In this document: one piece after another, positions 7,600 to 16,645 of the stretch
Layout: every line of letters starts with the position of its first letter
Position numbering within the stretch: position 1 is the first letter of the stretch
DNA from: Candidatus Fervidifonticultor sextus
GTDB lineage: Bacteria; Sysuimicrobiota; Sysuimicrobiia; Sysuimicrobiales; Humicultoraceae
Assembly (NCBI GenBank): GCA_031459875.1
Contig: JAVKHQ010000040.1
Span: 1-21,719, forward strand
DNA length: 21,719 nt
Direction: 5' to 3'
Notes under the pieces: generated by a model
What the model was told of the DNA's origin: nothing
Database searches by the model: none
What the model saw: the letters and a program-made list of their open reading frames with translations, nothing else
Made by a program: the position numbers and the translations under genes

Positions 7600-9342
7600 A
7601 TGACGCAGAACCGGGCCATCGCGGAGCGGTTCGCCCAGATCGCCGACATGCTGGAGATCAAGGGCGAGTCCATCTTCCGCATCAACGCCTACCGGCGGGC
7701 GGCCCGCGCCGTGGAGAGCCTGACCGAGGACATCGCGGCCGTCGCCGCCCGCGGCGACCTGACCACCCTCCCGGGCATCGGGGCCAGCATGGCGGAGAAG
7801 ATCGAGGAGTTCCTCCGCACCGGGACCATGCGGGCCTACGAAGAGCTGGCGGCCTCGCTGCCGCCGGGCCTGGTGACGCTGATGCGGGTCCCCGAAGTGG
7901 GGCCCAAGACGGCGCTGCTGCTCTACGAGAAGCTCGGCATCACGACGCTGGACGACCTGGAGGCCGCGGCGAAGGCCGGCCGCATCCGCCAGCTACCCCG
8001 GATGGGCGCCAAGACCGAAGAGAACATCCTCCGGGGCATCGCCATGCTGCGCCGCAGCGGCGAGCGCCGGCCGTTGGGCCTGGTCCTGCCCGTGGCCGAG
8101 GAGCTGGTGGCGATGCTCCGGGCCGTGGAAGGCGTTCGGGCCATCGAGGTGGCCGGGAGCCTGCGCCGGCGCAAGGAGACCGTCGGCGACATCGACATCC
8201 TGGTGACCAGCACCGCCCCCTCCCGGGTGATGGACGCCTTCGTGGCGGCCCCGTCGGTGACGCAGGTGCTCTCCCACGGTCCCACCCGATCCAGCGTCGT
8301 CCTCACCGTCGGGTTGCAGGCCGACCTGCGCGTGGTGGAGCCGGCGTCCTACGGCGCGGCCCTCCAGTACTTCACCGGGAGCAAGGAGCACAATGTGGCG
8401 CTGCGCGAGCGCGCCGTCCGGCGGGGGCTCAAGATCAACGAGTACGGGGTCTGGCGGACCAAGGACAACCGCCGCGTCGCCGGTCGTGATGAGGCCGAGG
8501 TCTACAGGGCCGTGGGTCTCCCCTGGATCCCGCCCGAACTGCGTGAGGATCAGGGCGAACTCGACGCCGCCGAGGCCGGCCGCCTGCCCAGACTGATCGA
8601 ACTGGCGGATGTCCGCGGCGACCTCCACATGCACACCAAGTGGAGCGACGGCGCCGAGAGCGCCGAGGCCATGGCGGAGGCGGCCAAGGCCCTGGGCTAC
8701 GAGTACATCTGCATCACGGACCACTCGCAGTCCCTCAAGGTGGCCGGCGGCGTGACCATCCCCGATCTCCGGCGGCACGCGACGGAGGTGCGCGCGCTCT
8801 CCGACCGGCTGGGCATCGAGGTCCTGATCGGGACCGAGTGCGACATCCTGGCCGACGGCTCGCTCGACTACCCCGATGACGTGCTGGCCGACCTGGATGT
8901 GGTCATCGCCTCGGTCCACACGCGGTTCCGGATGAGCCGGCAGGAGATGACCCGCCGCATCATCCGGGCCATGGAGTGCGAGCAGGCGGACATCATCGGG
9001 CACCCGACCGGCCGCCTGCTCGGCGCCCGCGACCCTTACGAGGTGGACGTGGAAGCCATCGTGGACGCCGCCGCCCGCACGGGGACCGTCCTCGAGCTCA
9101 ACGCCTCGCCCGAGCGCCTCGACCTCAAGGACACCCATGTCCGGCTGGCCAGGGAGCGGGGCGTATTGATCGAGATCGGGACCGACGCCCACCAGACGGC
9201 GCATCTGCGCCACATGGTCCTGGGGGTCAGCGTGGCCCGGCGCGGGTGGCTGGAGGCCAAGGACGTCATCAACACGCGGCCGCTGGCGAGGCTGCGGGAC
9301 CTGCTGGGCCGGCGCCCCGCGAAGCCCCGCCGCCGGCGCTAG
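7600..9342 (+). CDS. polX: DNA polymerase X / PHP 3'-5' exonuclease
   Basis: HhH motif LPGIG, catalytic [16 protein letters not shown] and [18 protein letters not shown] motifs DLHMHT, ITDHS, GHPTGR and GTDAH all intact. Confidence 0.96.
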   Translation: MTQNRAIAERFAQIADMLEIKGESIFRINAYRRAARAVESLTEDIAAVAARGDLTTLPGIGASMAEKIEEFLRTGTMRAYEELAASLPPGLVTLMRVPEVGPKTALLLYEKLGITTLDDLEAAAKAGRIRQLPRMGAKTEENILRGIAMLRRSGERRPLGLVLPVAEELVAMLRAVEGVRAIEVAGSLRRRKETVGDIDILVTSTAPSRVMDAFVAAPSVTQVLSHGPTRSSVVLTVGLQADLRVVEPASYGAALQYFTGSKEHNVALRERAVRRGLKINEYGVWRTKDNRRVAGRDEAEVYRAVGLPWIPPELREDQGELDAAEAGRLPRLIELADVRGDLHMHTKWSDGAESAEAMAEAAKALGYEYICITDHSQSLKVAGGVTIPDLRRHATEVRALSDRLGIEVLIGTECDILADGSLDYPDDVLADLDVVIASVHTRFRMSRQEMTRRIIRAMECEQADIIGHPTGRLLGARDPYEVDVEAIVDAAARTGTVLELNASPERLDLKDTHVRLARERGVLIEIGTDAHQTAHLRHMVLGVSVARRGWLEAKDVINTRPLARLRDLLGRRPAKPRRRR

Positions 9343-9345
9343 GGC

Positions 9346-9933
9346 ATGCTCCGTCCGCTGCCGCGCCGCTTCTTTGCCCGGGCTGCCCCGGAGGTGGCCC
9401 GCGGCCTGCTGGGCTGCCTGCTGGTGCACGAGACCTCATCCGGCCTGCTGGTGGGTCGCATCGTGGAGGTTGAGGCCTACCGCGGCGCGGACGACCCGGC
9501 CAGCCATGCCTTCCGCAAGACCGGGCGCAGCGCGATCATGTACGGCCGTCCGGGGATCGCGTACGTCTACCTCTCGTACGGGGTCCACCGGTGTTTGAAC
9601 GTCGTCACCGATACCGAAGGGGTCCCCGGTGCGGTCCTGCTGCGGGCCCTGGAGCCGCTGGAGGGGATCGAGATCATGCGGCGGCGGCGGCCGCACGTCG
9701 CGGTCGCCCGTCTGGCCAGCGGTCCGGGCCGGCTGACGCTCGCCATGGGCGTCGGGCTGGAGCACAACGGGGCCGACCTGACCCGCCCGCCGCTCTACCT
9801 GGCGGCCGGCGACCGGCGCGGATGGCGGGTGGTCAGGGGGCCGCGCATCGGCGTCAGCCGGGCCGCGGATCGAGCCTGGCGATTCGGGCTGGCCGGCCAC
9901 CGGTCGCTCTCCCGGCCGTTTCCCAACGATTGA
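9346..9933 (+). CDS. mpg: DNA-3-methyladenine glycosylase (MPG/AAG family)
   Basis: GRIVEVEAY, DPASHA, YVYLSYGVHRCLNVV, AVLLRALEP, GPGRL, GPRIGV. Confidence 0.95.
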   Translation: MLRPLPRRFFARAAPEVARGLLGCLLVHETSSGLLVGRIVEVEAYRGADDPASHAFRKTGRSAIMYGRPGIAYVYLSYGVHRCLNVVTDTEGVPGAVLLRALEPLEGIEIMRRRRPHVAVARLASGPGRLTLAMGVGLEHNGADLTRPPLYLAAGDRRGWRVVRGPRIGVSRAADRAWRFGLAGHRSLSRPFPND

Positions 9934-9998
9934 CCGGCTGGCTCCCGGTTTGGGAGGCCCGGAAGTCCCGCGGGGCGTTCGCGGTCGGTGGGGTGGGC

Positions 9999-10004
9999 TA
10001 TAAT
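9999..10004 (+). promoter_or_regulatory. -10 box positioned for a leaderless transcript
   Basis: Perfect TATAAT ending 6 nt before GTG 10011, with no SD in between. Confidence 0.65.
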
Positions 10005-10010
10005 GGGTCA

Positions 10011-10943
10011 GTGCCTGTCCTGATCCTCTTCCTCGACGGCGTCGGGCTCGGCGAGGCGGATGCGGCGGTCAACCCGTTCGCGCGGACACCGACGCCCACC
10101 CTCTCGTCGCTGCTGGGCGGCCCGCTGGTCAACCGCGGCCGCATCGAGGGGCCGGACCTGGTCCTGGTGCCCACCGATGCCACCCTGGGGGTGCCGGGCC
10201 TGCCGCAGAGCGCCACCGGCCAGACCACCCTGCTGACCGGGCTCAACGCGCCGGCGCTGGCCGGCCGGCACGTGGCCGCGTACCCCACGGCGCCGCTGCG
10301 CGCGGTCCTGGCGCGCTACAGCCTCTTTGCGGCGGTCCGCCGGGCAGGCCGTGACGCCGCTCTGGCCAATGCCTACAGCCCCGAGTACTTCGCGGCCGTG
10401 GCCGGCCGGCGCCTGAAGGTCGCCGCCGTCACCTTCGCGGCCGCAGCCGCCGGAGTCCGGCTGCGTTCGATTGATGACCTCAGGGCGGGGAGGGCGGTGT
10501 TCCACGACCTGACCAACGGCCGGCTGAGGCAGTGGGGATACGAGCTGCCCGCCCTGACGCCTCGGGTGGCCGGAAGACACCTGGCGGGCATCGCGTCAGG
10601 CGCCGATCTGACGTTCTTCGAGTTCTTCCTGACCGACCTGGCCGCCCACGGCCGCATCCCCGTCTCGACCGACGCCGTGGTCGGCATGGTGGACGACCTG
10701 CTCGCCGGGGTGCTGGAGGCGGCCACCGGGGGGACGACGGTGCTGGTGGTGAGCGATCACGGCAACCTGGAAGACGGCCGCTCCACGGCGCACACGACGA
10801 ACCCTGTCCCCACGCTCGTGATCGGACCCGGGTGCCACCTCTTCAGGGACGTCCGGGCCCTCACCGACGTCGCCCCGGCCGTCGTGGGGCTGCTCGACGG
10901 CCGCGGCTTTGCCGCCGGGCCCGTCGCCGACCCGACCCGGTGA
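10011..10943 (+). CDS. Alkaline-phosphatase-superfamily metalloenzyme (iPGM/phosphopentomutase-like)
   Basis: LFLDGVGLG, LPQSATGQT (putative nucleophile Ser), TDLAAHG, VSDHGNLED and HTTNPVP metal-ligand motifs. Confidence 0.85.
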   Translation: MPVLILFLDGVGLGEADAAVNPFARTPTPTLSSLLGGPLVNRGRIEGPDLVLVPTDATLGVPGLPQSATGQTTLLTGLNAPALAGRHVAAYPTAPLRAVLARYSLFAAVRRAGRDAALANAYSPEYFAAVAGRRLKVAAVTFAAAAAGVRLRSIDDLRAGRAVFHDLTNGRLRQWGYELPALTPRVAGRHLAGIASGADLTFFEFFLTDLAAHGRIPVSTDAVVGMVDDLLAGVLEAATGGTTVLVVSDHGNLEDGRSTAHTTNPVPTLVIGPGCHLFRDVRALTDVAPAVVGLLDGRGFAAGPVADPTR

Positions 10944-10950
10944 GGACCTG

Positions 10951-13356
10951 ATGGACCAGGAGGTGCGCGGCCGCGTCCGCCCGTCCGAAGCCGTCGGCCC
11001 GGACGGCCCGGCCGACCAGCGCACCCTGCGCGTCCTGGAGTTTCCCAAGATTCTGGAGGCCCTGGCCGAAGCGACCGTGACGCCGATGGGGCGGGCCCTG
11101 GCCCTGACGCTGCGCCCGACGGCGGACGCCGATGCGGTCCGGGCGGCCCAGCGGGAGACCGCGGAGGCGGTCCGGCTCGCCGCCGAGGCCGAGATCCCCC
11201 TGCGCGGGGCGCGCGATCTGGACGACGTCGTCACCCGGGCGGCGGCCGGCGGGGTGCTGGAGCCGGCGGAGCTGCTGGACGTCGCCCAGACCCTGGAGGT
11301 GACGACGCGCGCCGCGGGATTCCTGCGCACGCACCGCGCCCGCGCGCCGCGTCTGGCGGAGCTCGCCGACCAGCTGACCTTGTTGCCCGGCCTGGAAGGC
11401 GAGATCGCCCGGACCTTTGACGAGCGCGGAGAGATGCGGGATGCTGCTTCACCCGACCTGCGGCGGATCCGGGACGGCATCCGCGAGGTGGACCGCCGGC
11501 TCCGGGACGCGCTGGAGCGGGTGCTGCGCGACCCGGTGCTGTCGCGCTACCTCCAGGAGGCCCTGGTCACGACACGCAGCCAGCGCTCCGTCGTGCCGGT
11601 GAAGGCCGAGCACCGCAGTCAGTTCCCCGGCATCGTGCACGATGTCAGCGCAAGCGGCGCCACGCTCTTCATGGAACCGCTGGCCCTCGTCCCGCTGGGG
11701 AACCGGCGGCGGGAGCTGGAAGCCGGGGAGCGCGAGGAGATCCTGCGCATCCTCAGGCGGCTGTCGGCGGCGGTCGGTGAGGCCGCCGGGGTGCTGCGTC
11801 GCAACGGCCGGCTCCTCGGCGCCCTGGACCTGGCCTCGGCCAAGGCGGCGCTGGCCGCGCGGCTACGCGCCAGCGCGCCCGAGGTGCGCACCGACGGCGT
11901 GCTGCGCCTCCATCAGGCCCGCCACCCGGTGCTGGTGCTGACCCGCGGTGAGGAGTCCGTGGTGCCGATCGATGTCACCCTCGGCGAAGGGTTCACCACG
12001 CTGGTGATCACCGGGCCCAACACGGGCGGCAAGACGGTGGCGCTCAAGACCATCGGCCTGCTCGTCCTCATGGCGCAGGCCGGGCTGCAGATTCCGGCCC
12101 GAGACGGCAGCGCCGTCCCCGTCTTCGCCCGGGTCTGCGCCGACGTCGGCGACGAGCAGTCCATCGAGCAGAACCTGTCCACCTTCTCGTCGCACATGGG
12201 CGCCATCGTGCAGATGCTGCGGCGGGTGGAGCCGCCGGCGCTGGTCCTGCTCGACGAGGTCGGTGCCGGCACCGACCCCACCGAGGGCGTGGCCCTGGCG
12301 CGGGCGATCATCGAGAGGCTCCACCGCACGGGCGTCCACACGGTGGTCACCACGCACTACAACGAACTGAAGATGCTGGCCTCGACCGAGCCCGGCATCG
12401 AAAACGCGTCGGTCGAGTTCGACGCCGAGACGCTCCAGCCGGCCTACCGGCTGCGCATCGGGCTGCCCGGGCGGAGCAACGCGCTGATCATCGCCGAACG
12501 CCTGGGCCTGGATCCCGCCATCGTCGCGGCCGCGCGCAGCCACCTGGGGCCCGATCAGGCGGCCATCGAGCACGTGCTGGCCGACCTGACCCGCGATCGC
12601 CTGGAGGCCGAGCGCGATCGCGCCGACGCGGCGGCGGCGCGGCAGCAGGCCGAGGAGGCCCGGCGGCGCCTGGAAGCCGAGGTCGAGCGGCTGCGCGCCG
12701 AGCGCCGGCAGCTGCTGGCCGAGGCCCGCCAAGCCGCCGAGGCGATCGTAGAGCAGACCCGACGGCGCCTGGAGGCCGTGATGGCCGAGGTGCGGGCCGC
12801 GCGGACCGAGGCGGCCGTGCGGCAGGCCCGCGAGCACCTGCGCCAGGTCCTGGAGGCGCTCCCGGCGGCCGAACCCCCTGCACCGGCCGGCGAGCCGGTG
12901 GACCGCGTGGAGGTGGGCCAGGCGGTCTTTGTCGCGCCCCTGGGCCGCGCCGGCGTCGTGCGCCGGGGGCCGGATGACCACGGCGAGGTGGAGGTGGAGG
13001 TCGGCCGGCTCCGCACCCGGGTGCCGAAGGAGGCCCTGCGGCGGGCACCGGCTGAGGCCCGGCGCCAGGTCGGGCGCGACGACGTTGTGGAGGTCCCGGC
13101 GCAACCCGCCGTGCCGCTGTCCCTCGACGTGCGCGGGCAGACCGCCGACGAGGCCGTGCTGGCGGTCGACCGCTACCTCGATGAGGCGGTGCGCGCGCAG
13201 CTGCCGCAGGTCACGGTGATCCACGGGAAGGGGACCGGGGCGCTGCGCCGGGCGCTGCACGACTTCCTGCGCGGCCACCCGCACGTGCGGGCCTTCCGCC
13301 TGGGCGGGCGCGGCGAGGGCGAGGATGGTGCGACGGTCATCACCCTGGAGGTGTGA
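10951..13356 (+). CDS. mutS2: Endonuclease MutS2 (RqcU-like)
   Basis: LEFPKI, GIVHDVSASGATLFMEP, Walker A ITGPNTGGKT, LLDEVGAGTDP, coiled coil, KOW-like VGQAVFV, Smr domain LDVRG...IHGKGTG. Confidence 0.96.
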   Translation: MDQEVRGRVRPSEAVGPDGPADQRTLRVLEFPKILEALAEATVTPMGRALALTLRPTADADAVRAAQRETAEAVRLAAEAEIPLRGARDLDDVVTRAAAGGVLEPAELLDVAQTLEVTTRAAGFLRTHRARAPRLAELADQLTLLPGLEGEIARTFDERGEMRDAASPDLRRIRDGIREVDRRLRDALERVLRDPVLSRYLQEALVTTRSQRSVVPVKAEHRSQFPGIVHDVSASGATLFMEPLALVPLGNRRRELEAGEREEILRILRRLSAAVGEAAGVLRRNGRLLGALDLASAKAALAARLRASAPEVRTDGVLRLHQARHPVLVLTRGEESVVPIDVTLGEGFTTLVITGPNTGGKTVALKTIGLLVLMAQAGLQIPARDGSAVPVFARVCADVGDEQSIEQNLSTFSSHMGAIVQMLRRVEPPALVLLDEVGAGTDPTEGVALARAIIERLHRTGVHTVVTTHYNELKMLASTEPGIENASVEFDAETLQPAYRLRIGLPGRSNALIIAERLGLDPAIVAAARSHLGPDQAAIEHVLADLTRDRLEAERDRADAAAARQQAEEARRRLEAEVERLRAERRQLLAEARQAAEAIVEQTRRRLEAVMAEVRAARTEAAVRQAREHLRQVLEALPAAEPPAPAGEPVDRVEVGQAVFVAPLGRAGVVRRGPDDHGEVEVEVGRLRTRVPKEALRRAPAEARRQVGRDDVVEVPAQPAVPLSLDVRGQTADEAVLAVDRYLDEAVRAQLPQVTVIHGKGTGALRRALHDFLRGHPHVRAFRLGGRGEGEDGATVITLEV

Positions 13357-13376
13357 GGGGGCCCGGGAGGACCCAC

Positions 13377-14594
13377 ATGCCGTTCTTGGACCCTGACGCG
13401 CAGCTTGAGCGCCTGCGGCGCGGCGCCGTCGAGATCATCTCCGAGGACGACCTGCTCGCCAAGCTCCGCGAGCGCCGGCCGCTGCGGGTCAAACTCGGCG
13501 TCGATCCGTCGGCGCCCGACCTCCACCTGGGCCACGCGGTCGTCCTGCGCAAGCTGCGCCAGTTCCAGGACCTGGGGCACGAGGCGATCCTGGTCATCGG
13601 CGACTTCACCGCCATGATCGGCGATCCCACCGGCAAGAAGCAGGCGCGGCCGATGCTGACCCCGGAAGACATCGAGGCGAATGCGGCCACCTACCGGGCG
13701 CAGTACAGCCTCATTTTGGATCCTGCGAAGACCCGCGTGGTCTTCAACAGCCAGTGGCTGGCGCCGATGGCGTTTGCCGACGTGATCCGGCTGGCGGCGC
13801 GGGTCACGGTGGCGCGGATCTTGGAGCGCGACGACTTCGCGACCCGGCTGCGCGGCGGCATACCCATCCACCTCCACGAACTCCTGTACCCGCTGTGCCA
13901 GGCCTACGACTCGGTGGCCATCGAGGCCGACGTGGAACTGGGCGGCACCGACCAGAAGTTCAACAACCTGATGGGCCGCGAGCTCCAGCGGGAGATGGGC
14001 CAGCCGCCCCAGGTCGTCGTGCTGACCCCGCTGTTGCCCGGGACCGACGGGGTCGAGAAGATGAGCAAGTCCCTGGACAACTTCATCGGGATCACCGAGC
14101 CGCCCGACCAGATGTTCGGGAAGGTCATGTCGATCCCCGATGCCCTGATGCCGGTCTACTTCGAGTACGCCACCGAGGTGCCGATGGACGAGGTCGAGGC
14201 GCTCGGCCGAGGGCTGCAGGACGGCACGGTGCACCCCCGGGATGCCAAGCGCCGTCTGGCACGCGCCATCGTGGAGCTCTGGCACGGCGCCCGGGCGGCG
14301 GCCGCCGCCGAAGCGGCCTTCGACCGCGTCTTCGTCGAGCGGGACCTCCCCAGCGAGATGCCCGAGGCCGCCGTGGCCTCCGACGACGCACCCGGCGGTC
14401 GCATGAAGTTGACCAAACTGCTGGTCACGACCGGTCTGGCCGAGAGCCACCGTGAGGCGCGCCGGCTGGTCAGTCAGGGCGGCGTGACGGTGGACGGGAC
14501 CCGGCTGCACGATGTGGACGCCACGGTGGCGGTGCGGGACGGACTGGTGATCCGCGTCGGCGGCCGCCGGTTCGTCCGGGTCCGCCTCGTCTGA
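13377..14594 (+). CDS. tyrS: Tyrosine--tRNA ligase
   Basis: KLGVDPSAPDLHLGH (HIGH), YPLCQAYD, ELGGTDQKFN, KMSKS and C-terminal S4 domain; RBS GGGAGG before ATG 13377. Confidence 0.97.
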   Translation: MPFLDPDAQLERLRRGAVEIISEDDLLAKLRERRPLRVKLGVDPSAPDLHLGHAVVLRKLRQFQDLGHEAILVIGDFTAMIGDPTGKKQARPMLTPEDIEANAATYRAQYSLILDPAKTRVVFNSQWLAPMAFADVIRLAARVTVARILERDDFATRLRGGIPIHLHELLYPLCQAYDSVAIEADVELGGTDQKFNNLMGRELQREMGQPPQVVVLTPLLPGTDGVEKMSKSLDNFIGITEPPDQMFGKVMSIPDALMPVYFEYATEVPMDEVEALGRGLQDGTVHPRDAKRRLARAIVELWHGARAAAAAEAAFDRVFVERDLPSEMPEAAVASDDAPGGRMKLTKLLVTTGLAESHREARRLVSQGGVTVDGTRLHDVDATVAVRDGLVIRVGGRRFVRVRLV

Positions 14595-14671
14595 TCCCGA
14601 GGGGAGGATCGTCCCGCACACCCCGCGAAGGACCTGCCAGTGTATTCCAGATCGCCCGGAGGTCCACAACC

Positions 14672-15801
14672 ATGCACGCCCGGATCCTCGCTGCCATCGA
14701 CGCCGCGTCCGACGACCTGATCGCGCTCGCCCGCCGCATTCACGCCACTCCCGAGGTGGGCTTTCAAGAGCACCGGGCGGCCGCCTGGCTCACCGAAACC
14801 CTGGAACGTCACGGGTTCCGCGTGGAGCGCGGCGTCGCCGGGCTCCCGACCGCCTTCCGCGCCGAGGTGGGCACCCAGCGGCATCCGGCGGTGGCGATCC
14901 TGGCGGAGTACGACGCGTTGCCCGAGATCGGCCACGCCTGCGGCCACAACCTGATCAGCACGGCGGCGGTGGCGGCCGGCATCGGCCTGGCGGCGCTGCG
15001 CGAGCAGCTGCCCGGCACCGCCGTCGTGCTCGGCACGCCGGCGGAGGAGGGCGGCGGCGGCAAGGTGATCATGCTGGAGCGGGGTGCGTTCCAGGGCATC
15101 GATGCCGCCATGATGTTCCACCCGGCGGGCTACACGCTGGCGACCCGGCCGTCGCTGGCCTCCTACCGCCTGGCCGTCAGGTTCACCGGGAAGGCGGCGC
15201 ACGCCGCCGCCGCGCCGCACGAGGGCACCAACGCGCTGGATGCCCTCATCCAGACCTTTGTCGCCATCGGGTTGTTGCGCCAGCAGACCCGCGACGACGC
15301 CCGCATCCACGGCATCATCACCTACGGCGGCGCGGCCCCCAACATCATCCCCGACCGGGCCGAGGCCCTCTTCACGGTCCGCGCCGCGGACGGGGGCTAC
15401 GCGCTGGAGGTGCTCCACCGCGTGATCCACTGCGCCGAGGGGGCAAGGGCTACGATGCCATCAAACCCAACCGCACGCTCGCCGAGGTCTTCTCGCGGCA
15501 CCTGGAGGCCCTGGGCTGGCCGCAGGACCCGCCGCCCGAGCGCAACCGCATGGGCTCCACCGACATGGGGGACGTCAGCCAGGTCATCCCGTCCATCCAC
15601 CCGTACGTCTCGATCGGCCCCAGGGACCTGGCCGGGCACAGCGTGGAGTTCCGGGAGGCCGCGGTCTCCGAGCGGGGGCTCGCCGCCATGCTGGCCGCCG
15701 CCAAGGCGATGGCGCTGACGGCCTGCGACATCCTCACGCAGCCGGACCTGCTGGCCGCGGCCCGGCGGGAATTCGAAGGGACGGCGACGCGGGTGGCCTG
15801 A
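14672..15801 (+). pseudogene. M20 family amidohydrolase (ACY1L2/AbgB-like), frame-disrupted near 15444
   Basis: N-part has AEYDALP..GHACGHN, GTPAEEGGGGK, MMFHP and AHAAAAP. C-part (KGYDAIKPN...MGSTDMGDVSQVIPSIHP...HSVEF) is in another frame from 15445 to the stop at 15801. Confidence 0.85.
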
Positions 15802-15845
15802 GGCGCCCGCGCGGACGGCCGCCCCGTCTGCGCGGGTGCCTGTTG
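15802..15845 (+). terminator. 17-bp hairpin, probable terminator after the amidohydrolase
   Basis: GGCGCCCGCGCGGACGG-CCGCC-CCGTCTGCGCGGGTGCC (two G:U pairs) followed by TGTTG, a weak U-tract. Confidence 0.6.
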
Positions 15846-15872
15846 CCTGGCCGCAGGAGGGCGGGGTATACT
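15843..15872 (+). promoter_or_regulatory. Promoter of tRNA-Ile
   Basis: TTGCCT (15843-15848), 18 nt spacer, TATACT (15867-15872), 11 nt before the tRNA. Confidence 0.7.
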
Positions 15873-15883
15873 CGGAGTGCCGC

Positions 15884-15960
15884 GGGCCCTTAGCTCAGGT
15901 GGTGAGAGCGCGCCCCTGATAAGGGCGAGGTCGGTGGTTCGAGTCCACCAGGGCCCACCA
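15884..15960 (+). tRNA. tRNA-Ile(GAT)
   Basis: Acceptor GGGCCCT/AGGGCCC-A-CCA, anticodon arm CGCCC-CT-GAT-AA-GGGCG, T-arm GGTGG-TTCGAGT-CCACC. Confidence 0.97.
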
Positions 15961-15994
15961 GCTGTTCGAAGATTCCTGCCGTCCACCTTTACCC

Positions 15995-16023
15995 TTGTCT
16001 GGACACGGCCGTCATCGTACCGT
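15995..16023 (+). promoter_or_regulatory. Putative promoter of the DoxX gene
   Basis: TTGTCT, 17 nt spacer, TACCGT. Confidence 0.45.
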
Positions 16024-16086
16024 GGAGGAAAGCTTAAAGCAGCCGGCCATGACCAGAGGAGACCGTGGCGAAGGGAGGGCGGCATC

Positions 16087-16524
16087 GTGTTGGAGAGTGT
16101 CTTTGCACCGGTGCAAGACTGGGGTCTATTCATCTTGCGCCTCGGGCTCGGCATCATCTTCCCCTTTCATGCGTGGCTGAAGGCCAACCCCCGCGGGCCT
16201 GCGGGAGGCGTCCGCGGCTTCAGCGGCTGGCTGGCCCAGATGCGCGTGCCGCTGCCGGGATTTCTCGGCTGGGTCGTCGTGCTGCTCGAGTCGGTCGGGG
16301 CCGTTCTGCTCATCCTGGGCCTGGGCACGCGCATCCTGGCTTTCGGCTTTGCGATCGAGATGCTGGTGGCCATCGTCCTGGTGAAACGGGGGATGGCCAA
16401 GAAGCGCTTCATGGAGCCCGACGGCACAGGGTGGGAGTTTGAATTTGCGCTGATGATGGCGGCGCTGGCGCTGGTCTTCGCAGGCCCGGGCAGCATTGCG
16501 CTGGATCGGGTCATCGGGCTGTAG
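16087..16524 (+). CDS. DoxX family membrane protein
   Basis: SD GGAGG at 16074-16078 before GTG 16087. LRLGLGIIF..HAWLK, ESVGAVLLILGLGTR, GWEFE, GPGSIALD. Confidence 0.9.
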   Translation: MLESVFAPVQDWGLFILRLGLGIIFPFHAWLKANPRGPAGGVRGFSGWLAQMRVPLPGFLGWVVVLLESVGAVLLILGLGTRILAFGFAIEMLVAIVLVKRGMAKKRFMEPDGTGWEFEFALMMAALALVFAGPGSIALDRVIGL

Positions 16525-16645
16525 CGATCACGGCCGGCGTTGGGTTCCCTCAGGGGCACGTCGGGAACCTGGCGGCGGGACGCCGAAGTCGCGGCAGGAT
16601 CCCGAAGGGAGCACCGTCGTCCAGACGCCGATCCGGAACCCCGGG

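Noticed and set aside
15431..15455. Programmed ribosomal frameshift in the M20 gene
   Set aside because: No X-XXY-YYZ slippery heptamer, and residues appear to be missing, so a frameshift would not restore the protein.
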